This document shows, piece by piece, positions 53,985-64,000 of a stretch of 64,000 bases of DNA. The notes below the pieces were generated by a model. The model was not told the DNA's origin, ran no database searches, and saw nothing but the letters and a program-made list of their open reading frames with translations. The translations under genes and the position numbers were made by a program. The DNA is from Camelus dromedarius (lineage: Eukaryota): contig NC_087436.1 in the NCBI RefSeq assembly GCF_036321535.1, forward strand, positions 42,162,001-42,226,000. The letters run 5' to 3'. Within the stretch, counting starts at the first letter, position 1. Every line of letters begins with the position of its first letter.

Positions 53985-55170
53985 CTGATGAGCTGGACTT
54001 CATTAACAGTAAAGTCTTCTCCTCTGAGAAAAATAAGGGAATGAGAAGATATGCAACAGTCTGGGAGAAATATCTGCAAAAGACCTATCTGATAAAGGAC
54101 TGTTAGCCAAGACATATAAGGAAGGAACTCTTAAAACTCACCAACGAAAAAAACAAAAATCAAACAACCTAATTTAAAAAGTGTTCAAAGATGTTAATAG
54201 ACACCTCACCAAAGAAAACACAGATGACAAATAAGCATACGAAAAGATGTTCCACATTGTACATCATCAGGGAAGTGCAAATTAACACAATAATGAGATC
54301 CCACTACACATCTATTAAAATGGCCAAAATCCAGAACACTGACACCACCAAATGCTGAAGAGGATATGGAACAACGGAAACTCCCATACATTGCTGGTGG
54401 GGATGCAAAACAATACAGATACTTTGGAAGACAAGTTGGTGGTTTCTTATAAAACTAAACACATTCTTACCGTGTGACCCAGCAATTGTGCTCCTTGGTA
54501 TTTACCCAAAGGAGATGAAAACTGATGTTTGTATAAAAATCTGCACACAAATGTTAATAACAGCTTTATTTACAATTGCCAAAACTTGGGAGCAACTGAG
54601 TTTACCACCCTCAGGTGAATAAATAAACTGGTACATCTGTGTAATGGAATCTTATTTGGCACTAAAAAATGATTTCTCAAGCCATGAAAAGACAGGGAGG
54701 AAATTTAAATGTCTACTTACTAAACGAAAGAAGTCAACCTGAAAGGACTACATACTGTATGATTCCACCTATATGACCTTCTGGAAAAGGCAAAACTATG
54801 GAAACTGTAAAGAGATTGGTTGCAGGGGAGGAAGGATGAATAGGCAGAGAATACAGGACTTTGAGGTCAGTGAAACTATTCTGTAAGATACTACAATGGT
54901 GGATTCATGCCATTATACATTTACCCAAACCCACAGACCTCACAACAAGCATGAACCCTGTAAAGTGTGGACTCTGGGAGACAATGATGCGTCAGTGTAG
55001 GTTCACTGATGGTAACAAATGTACCACAGTGGTACAAGATGCTGATAGTGGAGAAAGGTGTGCAAGTGTGGGGGAAAGGGGTATTTGGGAACTCCATGTA
55101 CTTTCTGCTCAACTTTGATGTGAATGTAAAACTGCTCTAAAAAGTCAAGTTCATTAGTTTAAGAAAAAAA
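53985..55170 (+). mobile_element. L1MC-like 3' fragment (ORF2 end and 3'UTR)
   Basis: Colinear with 33050-34185 (cactacacatctattaaaatggccaaaatccagaacactgac...aaaactgctctaaaaa). Confidence 0.92.
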
Positions 55171-55179
55171 TGTAAAAGA

Positions 55180-57770
55180 AACTGGAAAAAATTAATGAGA
55201 ACAAAATAAACTAGATAATTAAAAAAGGGTTGGCTGTATCAAATGCACTATAAACAAAATTAAATGGAAAATGACACCCTGGAAAAACAACCTACAACAT
55301 ATATAATAGATATTCAACCTCTATATGCATTTTCATGAAGTCATTGTTTAGGGCAAGAGAAGATGGTTACTAATTGCAAACACTTGGAGATATGTTAAAA
55401 TTCCCAATAACTGGAAACAGGTTAAATAAACTGTCATTCAGTCATACAATACAGCCACTAAAATAATCTTGTAGAAGAATATTTAGTGGCATGGAAAGAT
55501 ATTCAAGATTTCCTACTGACTAAAAATTAGGTCACTGAACATTACGATAGCATGTACCACTTTGTACAGATATATAAGTGTACGCACATAGGGATGATGA
55601 GCACCAATGGGCAGTTTTTTTTCTGGATGGTATGAATCTTATAAAAGATTTTAACTTTTTCTACATTGGACACGTGTTACTTTTCTTTTAATAAAAATAA
55701 CAACAAGTATTATTTTAAAGTAAGTTATGATTAAAATGATCTCATTCACAGTAACAATAAAGTACATAATTACGTTTAAAATTAACTAAAAAGGCTATTT
55801 GTTGGCTCTACTAATATGGCAAGCTTTTCTCTGAAGACATATACAGAGAGATAATAATTGCATAGAGATACTATAGTATTTTAATCGAATACAATATTTT
55901 TAAAAAGGCAATCCTTCTTTACCTGTATTATAAATAGACTAAATAATTACTCTCAAAAATCTCACTGGATGGTTTTGTTTTGTTTGGAATTTGACCAAAT
56001 TATACCGGTTTATTTACTAGAATAGGCAAGAAGAGAGAATACATTGTTGAAAAAGCAACAGTAATGGCTTGGGACAGCAAGGTAAATATTAAAACAAATT
56101 TTGTAATTAAAACACTGTGGAACTAGCCCAAGAATCCTAATTCAAATCAATGGATCAGAGTAGGTAGCTTATAAGAACTTCTTGAATAAATATGAACATA
56201 ATATGAGATGAAGGAAGTACCACAAGTAGATGATGAAAGAACAGATTATTCAATATGAAGTGTTAAAAACTGTCTTAATATTTGAGAAACAAAATCACTA
56301 AATTTTTTGCCTTAGACTTTTCCCAAAGTAAATCAAACAGAATAATGTTAAACTGTTTTTTAAAATAAAGCAATCAAAAGTGCTGAGCTTTAAATGATCT
56401 CTAGGAAGAAAAAAAAAAACAACATAAAGCAAAGGAGAAAATTCACTATTACAAATATAATTACATTTGGTTATATAATCATTAAATATTTTTGGAATTT
56501 TTAAAATACCTGGAGCAGAGGTTTCCAGTCCAAGATGGTTGACTGAACACAGGAGTTTCTACTCCTTTCCTCCCAAAGCTCCTCTGGAAATTAGAGTGAA
56601 GAATATAAAAGAGAAAAAGTACCTCTGAGAACTGACAAGAAGAAGAGAGGTGTGGCCGAGGCCACGGCCATCAGTGGAATGGATTTCTGATCAACAGATT
56701 TTGGCAAATAGCTTATTGAGGGATAGAAAAGAATGGATGAACTCATGACCCAGAAATACAGAGGAGAAGCCTGCAGGAGAGATGAAAACTGCTTCCAGAA
56801 TGGCTAAGAGCTTAAGGGGACACTCAGAAGAGCAAGAGTAGGGGGCAGAGCAGGAAGTGAAGGGGAAGAGCTACGGAGGAGCTGGACCAGTTTCCCATCC
56901 ATCTCGTCTCCCTTCAGTCCCACAGGGTTGCAAAGCAGGGGCTGTTGTATTCACCCCCAAAAAGTAAAAATGAAGGCCAGTTGTCTAGATAAAATGGATA
57001 ACCTGTCTTAAGAGTGATTACAACTCATAACTCAGGGGAAAACTCTCCTCATGTTGATCTCTGGGAGGTGGCACAGGGCTCTGCTTCTGTGCCCTGGAGA
57101 GGAAGCACTGGTCACAGGGCTCGCGGCACCTCCACATGCAGTCTGACCTCAGCCTTCCACTTAGTCTAAGGAGCTTGAAACTTGCTGAATGATTAAACAA
57201 ATGAACCAAAGAGATCTGTCTTTCGCAAAATCAGCAAGGATGTCATTTTTAATGATAAGGCTCAGTCCTTGCAAAGATATAGCATAGTTTTAGGCAGCTG
57301 GTAAAAATGTAAATCGGCACAAATATTGTGGAAAACAACTGGCAGATTATTTTACATTCATGAAACTCTCTAAGTCAGAATTACCAACATGTATGTCCAA
57401 AGATGTTCCCTGCCTTCCCTTCCAACAGCAAACAGCCAGGAACCACTAAGAATCCAGCAGTAGAGAATTGACCAAAGTATAGTATGTTTTACAATGGAAT
57501 GCTATAGAACCATCAAAACTGATGTTTAAAAAAATATATTTAAGTTGAGAAAGTGCTTGTAACATAATAAGAAAGCAAGGAACTGAATCATGTATGTAAT
57601 ATACATATATATATACACACATAAAATGATTATAATGACAACTAAGTAAATATCAAATGTTATCAAATAGTAAATTTGGATTGTCAAAAAGAGTGATTTT
57701 GTTTTATTTTCCCATTTATATATTTCTGGATTTTTTAAGTTTTCTACCAAAAATATATAATGTTTATAAC
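55180..57770 (+). mobile_element. Patchwork of older L1M/L1ME fragments (3' ends, ORF2 piece, possible 5'UTR start at ~56521)
   Basis: L1-like motifs such as ggttaaataaactgt, ttaaaacactgtggaactagcccaagaat and ttccagtccaagatgg. Internal boundaries not resolved. Confidence 0.6.
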
Positions 57771-59879
57771 ACACTCATTCAATTTACATGCCCCTTGAGC
57801 ACGCCTTACACTCACTCTCCCTTTGGAGTCAAGTGTCTTAAAACATCAGTCTATTTGCTGGGCCCTGCTCACTCCCTAAATGATTCCAGTCTGCCACTGA
57901 CTCCACCTGAACACTCTGCCTGAACACTCACTGTCAAGGGCATTAAATACCTCCTAATGCTCATACAAGTGCCCCTTTTCCCAGCAGTTATCTGCTTGGA
58001 CTTCTCTATCATGCTAGATACTACTGAACCCCCTTCTCCACATTCTCTCTTGGCTTCTGAGATGCTGCTGCTACCTGACTCTAACTCACTGCCAGAATAT
58101 TGAATAAAATACAAAATTCAAAGACTCTAAACAAATTTCATTTTGTGTATCAGACCACCCTTTCTCCTATTTTGTATAACAAATTTTTCTAGGCCTGCAT
58201 TCAAGACAGGAAACAATGCCAATTTTAGTAAGTATGCCCACCCCTCACTATATGGGAGCCATTCAACATTTAAGTATGAATTAATTTGAGCAAAATGACA
58301 AGGATATTGGGGTGGCGCTGTACCTAAATGCTGCACATGTGAAACATTCATTTGCAAAGGTGATCCCTCCAAGGCCCAAAGAAAGGTTCTAAACCCTTAA
58401 GAGCACCAGGAAAAATTAGATTAGCTATACATTGCTCCAGCTCCTGAGGAACAATGGTTCACACAGGCTGAAACTTGACACAGGAACACCCCAACATACT
58501 ATTGAGATTTTTAAAGATGACAAATAGACTTTATGATTTCCTATTTTTCCCATTTTCTCAAATATCAGAGCCTAACACCATACTAGACTTCTGGCAACCT
58601 TACTATTTCCATCTACTTACTAAAAAATTTTTTTAAAAAGTAGGGGCATCACCTTGGCCACCATTTGAAAGAGTCATTTCCCTGGTTTTTTTCTGTTTGC
58701 GGTTGGATCACTAATAACTCCGAACTGGAAAGCATACATGAGGATGAACTATATTAGGAAAAGAAAGCGACAGGCACACAAACCACGGGAAAGAACTTAG
58801 CTTTTGACAGTGTAGCATCCCAGCAGCACAAAAATTCATAGTCTATCTTTTTAAGAAGGAATTAATCAAAGTGTTTTGGCATTAAGAAAAACAAAATAAG
58901 GGCTAATGGGAAATTTCAGATAATGTCTGTACATGGTGAACTGGGCTATTTAGAAAAATAAAGTGAATGATTTAGTCCTCAAAGCAGATTATGTAGTCTA
59001 GCAAACTCAACAGATGAACTTCTTTGTGCTTTTAAGTTTCCTTGACATTTAGTGTTACGTGGACTGCAATAAGAAGAGAAAATATATCAGTCATAACTGC
59101 CACCACAGGTCAATCTTGGTACTATATGAAATATTGTGGAGTAATTTCATCTTTCTTCAAAATATCTTCTAAAATAAAGCTCTGGAAAATACCATCCAGT
59201 AAAATAAAAACAGAATAAAAAATAAATCCATCAAAGTAAAGCCTAACTAGGTTTTTATTTTTTTACTTTTTATTAAATGTTCTAACTTAACTAGTGTTTT
59301 TAAATAAATATTGATTTTATTTTAAAAATCTATTTTTTCTCTCCCTAATGCAAATTAAACTCCAAAAGGGTAGAAACTGTAGTAAAAATTGATAACTGTT
59401 TTACTCCCATTGCCTAAGCACATAGTGAAAGCTCAGTAAAGATTTACTGAACGATGACTATGATTGTGATTTTGCACCAGGATATGTAATTGGACAACAG
59501 GCACCTCCACTAATGGCCTCATTTTTTTCCCCTTTGATTTTAAATGAATGAACTTGTAATTATATCAATTGCTTTAATTCTGAACAAAATTCTAAATCAA
59601 TAGTCTTTGCCTGAGGCCCTGAAGTTAGTTACATATCTCGTTTATGGACAAATTTTCTAGGGTAATGGGAGAAAGAAAGTATCAAGTCAAAGTATAGATT
59701 TCATTACAGCTTTTCTTTAATTCTAGGGGTCTTTTTTCATCTTATTTGTTAACTTCCTACATATTCACAGCAATATTGTAAATGGCCAGGAAAATGATCA
59801 TTTTATTAATTAACTAGAACAGGAAAGGAAACTGGAATTTGTTGAATGCCATTCATACACATATAAGAGACAACGGTGG

Positions 59880-60432
59880 GATATATTTTTCTTCTCTTTT
59901 CTAGTAATGGAATCCTCTACTTTAGCTTGGCCCACACTCAAAAAGACTAAAGATATTTTCCAGCCTCTCCAGGGGCTGGTTTTAGCCACATAAGTAAATT
60001 CTAGAACATGGGCACGAGATGGAAGCAGAGTGATATGTGCAATTTCTAATTTTTGCCCTTAGAGGTTTCACTTTTCACCTTCCCGCTTGCTGGAATGAGG
60101 ACATGGTAATGATTAACATCCTGGACCATGAGACAGAAGTATAAACCAGGAAAGGTGTAACAACAAAGATACTTCAGTCGAAGCTGCGGAACCGGAACCG
60201 GGAGATCAGCCCTGCCTGCTTCTGCCCATTAGAACCATTATCTGCAAGGAACTCAACCACCTTTTTGAAGCCATTGTTATTTAAATCTCTGTTTCCAGCA
60301 CCAGGGTGACCAGCCATCCCAGAAATGGGAGCCTTTCCAGGATGTGAGACTGCCAGTGCTAAAACTGAGAAAGTCCTGGGTGAGCCAGAAGGAGCAGGTC
60401 ACCCCACATCTTGACACCTATATCCTAACATA
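59880..60432 (+). mobile_element. MaLR (MLT1J/K-like) LTR
   Basis: ttttccagcctctcc...gaagcagagtgatatgtgcaatttc...gctggaatgaggacatgg...catcctggaccatgag...gaagccattgttattt. Confidence 0.7.
60302..60406. mobile_element. MER81-like hAT-Blackjack MITE near the LTR 3' end
   Basis: TIRs cagggtgacc and ggtcacccca; internal cagtgctaaaactgagaaagtcctggg. Confidence 0.8.
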
Positions 60433-61725
60433 AAACTCTCTAATAAACAGCAGCTCTTAAACAGAGCTGTTTTATGTACTATGTACTATGTACCTTTCCT
60501 GCATTACAGGCTTTATGAGCATTATCTCATTTTATCCTGAGAAAACACGCAAAGGCAAAAATAGTTGTTCCCACTTACAGATAAGGAGAATAAGACTGAG
60601 ACTAAGAATCAGGTAAAAACTTGAGCAAGATCTAACATTTAGTGTATTGCAGAGCTTCATACCCATTTTTAATCCACTTTTATCATAGCAAGCAAAGAGA
60701 GGAAGATAACAAATCTGAAAAAACAGATTGTAACTGAGGGCAAATTGGGCGAAAAGTCAGCTTTATTGCTATAAAGTTGTTAAATGGCCCAGGTTTAAAC
60801 ATTTATCTTTCCCATGTAAGAAATATCTTGTGTTCTGAAGTTCATTGTGACTGTCTATTTGCAAGTAAACTCCTAAAGCAAGGAGTGCCCTAGAATCACA
60901 CTGTGAAACGGGAACACACTGATTTGGGGTCGGGGGATAGGGAGAGATCATTCAGAAAATTAAGGCCACCAGTTGAGGGTTAATAATCCTTCCTACCCGA
61001 AAAAAAGCTGTGATCTGGCGATAGTCTGGCATAATTTAATTAATTAAGAGTGCAAACTGGATGAAAAACCTACATTCGGTTGGCTGTTGGCTGTTAATTG
61101 TTAATAAATAAAGGTAGGTAACTCTCAGATTTTTCAAAGTCTGCAACTTCACCAAACTAATGGTTTGATTCACTCAGAAAAATTAAAGACATTTATTTGT
61201 ATGGAAGTACCCACCTTAACTTCAGAAATACAAAGTACTGAGGGGAAAAAACCATCAGCAGTACCATTCAAAAAATCTAATTCTGCACTTGGGACTTTGA
61301 TGAGTGCCCAGGGGTACACAAAACACACCTCCTCTTGAAGGAGAAGTGATAAGGAATGTTTCTGTTGTTGTATACTGTTGTTGCTGTTGTAGCACGCCAA
61401 GCCAGCTGCACTTAACCACGTTTCTACACTGCCAGCACCTGCAGTTACCTCTTCCCAGACATCTATAGTCCAGGTAGTGAAGCTGTACTGAGAAACTTGA
61501 TGCTATTGGCTTATCAGTGACAGCTGGCCCAGGCCCACCTGGGATACTCCAAAATCATCAGGTGGGAATGTAAGAGAAACACAAGAAAATAGAGAAGAAA
61601 AAATAGGATAATATGGATACCAACAGATATTGCACTCAGTACCTAGTATATTATTTGTATTCAATTAATGATTGATGATGGCAATTAAATTTAACTACAT
61701 TAAACATAAATTTAATCACCTAATG

Positions 61726-61905
61726 AAATGGTTCTCAAATGTCAAGTGTCCAAAAGAAACACCCAGGATACTAACTAAAAATGCACATTCCGGGGTCTTT
61801 TCAACACACAGGCTATTCTTAAGTCTGGGGAGAAATTCCAAAATCTGCAACTGTAAAAAGCAGCTAAAGATTCTGATACAATTCAACTGTCAGACTGAGA
61901 GACAA
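61726..61905. mobile_element. MER5-like MITE
   Basis: atggttctcaaa...taaaaatgcacattccgggg...aaaatctgcaac...gattctgataca. Confidence 0.6.
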
Positions 61906-62794
61906 GGAACTCACAATGAGTCCTTATGCACAACAGGAGAAATGTAAGAGATGCAGCAGGCGTGTGGATCTGCAGTACAAAGACCTGATAAAGCTCAACT
62001 GTCCTGCGGATTCGGAAAAGGACAATGCCCAGCCCCCAGGGTCCTGAGGAACTCAAAATAAATAGTCCCCCTTTTTAAATGTCCTGTAATAAAGTACCTG
62101 CAATCTCTCAGGAGCACATGCATACAAGTTTAGCAATGTATAAAGACATGGCCATACCTTTCCATTTTCATTCAGTTTAATATCACATATTCTACTTTCC
62201 CATTATCACTTGATTATACAAATTACATACAATTTTAAGATAATTTGAAATATTAGTGTACTAGTAAAGTATTATTAATATTAGTTTAGATAACTTAAAT
62301 ACATGTCAATGTGTATTTAAAATTTTGGTGTTTTGGATATGTCATATTTAGGTAACCTAAGACTGTCTTTTCAGGTAGCTCATGTTTCAAGTAATGATAT
62401 GTAACAATATCACTTTAAATGACCCTATCACAAAGTCTCTATAATTAAAGGAAAAAAGTATATATATATATATGTACACACATGGCATGCATCTATGGAT
62501 GCCCAAATCCATAACCTTTGTAATTTAAGGCCAAGTCATTCAATTTCTCTGCACTAATTTCCTTCACCTGCCAAGTGAGGCTATTAAATTAGATTGGCCT
62601 TGAAGATTGCTTACAGTTGTTAAAGCTTAGTGGAAAATGGGTTTAAGAATAGGTTTCAATGAGATTGATATGATTTGGTTCATAAAGGTAGTTAAGACCA
62701 GATCAATGGATGCTAAGAAAACAGTGAAGAAAACTAAAATTTACCTTGATTTTAAACTTAATGTTCTAGAGAATTGTTACTGTGAAGACGAATT

Positions 62795-62935
62795 TCATAG
62801 GGGTACTATTCAAATGCAAACTCTGACTCAGTGTATCTGGTGTAGGACCCCAGATTCTCTCTTTCTAACAAGCTCTCTGGTGACACGGGTTGCTGGTTGC
62901 TGCAGGTGCAGGCGCTGCACTGAGGAAGCAAGGAT
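62795..62935. mobile_element. MER5A-like fragment
   Basis: aaatgcaaactctgactcagtgtatctggtgtaggaccccagattct...ttctaacaagctctctggtga. Confidence 0.65.
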
Positions 62936-63156
62936 TTAGAATAAAGCCCAAAGCTAGAATAGAGTCATAACGTGTGACTAATGACGTGGTCAACCAGTCA
63001 ACAATATCAATAACCTGCTGGAAAACAAATTATTTTTTAATCACACATACACAAAAGGCAATTTGCTTAAAATAATGAGAGGACCCAACAGATTGAACAT
63101 TTTTTAAGGAACTGATCCATGGTAGGTGAGCAATCTTGGAATGTATGGCTACATTC

Positions 63157-63350
63157 CAGGCTCTCAACTCTGACAGCTCATTATAATCACCTGGGGAGCC
63201 TGTGAAAACCGAAGATGCCTGAAAACCTGCCACCCCCCCAACCTAGATCAATTAAAGTAGAACTTATGCAGATGAGGCCTAGGTCTTGGCATTTTTTGTT
63301 TCCTTTCTAAATGTTCCCCAGGGAATTATGATATTGTGAACCACTGGGCT
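63157..63350. mobile_element. MER5B-like MITE
   Basis: ggctctcaactctg...aatcacctggggagcc...agatcaattaaagtagaac...gaaccactg. Confidence 0.7.
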
Positions 63351-63443
63351 ACCGTTACACAAAGTCATAGCAAAATACACAAAAGTAAACTAATGCAATC
63401 CACTTTTTATTGTTGTCTTTTAATAAGCAGAGGAGAGGAGCAC

Positions 63444-63446
<3 letters not shown>

Positions 63447-63506
<60 letters not shown>
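63447..63506. repeat. (TG)30 perfect microsatellite
   Basis: Counted directly. Confidence 0.98.
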
Positions 63507-63508
<2 letters not shown>

Positions 63509-63723
63509 GACAGAACTGAGAACACTTGAATACCCCTGAACAACCATTTAGTAAATAAAATATAATCAATATCATGAATTGAAGTTTTTATAACCAACCA
63601 TGAAAGAGTTAACCAGGAAAATATTCTGAAATTTATACTGAATTTTTCTTTTGTCCCTAAAATGATTAGAAATTATTTCATCATATGAGAACACTGGAAC
63701 AGACTATATTTAGTATCACAGAT

Positions 63724-63906
63724 CAGTGGTTCTCAAACTTGGGCATGCATCAGAATCACCCGGAGAGCTAGTTATAAAAAAGACTGTTAGGCCTGCCCTC
63801 CGTTCCTGATTCTATAGATCTGGGATGGGCCCAAGAATCTGCATATCTAACAAATTCCCAAGTGATATTGATGCTGCTGGTCCAGGGACTATTTTGAGAA
63901 TCACTG
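63724..63906. mobile_element. Full-length MER5A MITE
   Basis: TIRs cagtggttctcaaa and tttgagaatcactg; internal gcatcagaatcacc...gatgctgctggtcc; 183 bp. Confidence 0.9.
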
Positions 63907-64000
63907 ACAGAGAAAAAAGTTTGCAATTTCAAAGAATGGCAGTTTATAGATACAGCTATACATAGATAAAGTGTGGGTCTCTTTTTCTGCTCCTCCTCAA

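Noticed and set aside
63336..63597. ORFs with CV/TH runs
   Set aside because: Translation of the (TG)30 microsatellite.
51313..64000. Promoter, CpG island or non-coding exon 1
   Set aside because: No CpG-dense segment is visible, so nothing supportable can be called.
1..64000. Prokaryote-type systems (CRISPR arrays, operons, defence islands)
   Set aside because: The sequence is mammalian, and the direct repeats found are two-copy duplications or microsatellites.

Overview
This is mammalian genomic DNA, very probably camelid, judging by two vic-1-like tRNA-derived SINEs. It carries the complete coding region of UGT8 (UDP-galactose:ceramide galactosyltransferase, the myelin galactolipid enzyme) on the minus strand. 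Five coding exons join through GT-AG sites into an intact 1626-nt ORF (541 aa + stop): 51310-50489, 14568-14426, 12949-12873, 10345-10126 and 5425-5062. The start-codon exon has its own splice acceptor, so a non-coding first exon and the promoter lie upstream and were not identified here. The rest is intron, 3'UTR and flank with L1, L2, MIR, MaLR LTR and hAT/Tigger relics and microsatellites; repeat names are from recalled consensus and are unverified. I found no convincing novel multi-gene system. The best leads are RNA-processing signals: a candidate recursive splice site and an in-frame cryptic terminal exon in the 35.9-kb intron, QKI-type and UG-repeat elements in the 3'UTR, and palindromic poly(A) signals. 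Three CpG-creating His-to-Arg changes and a nested transposon stack are also worth checking.
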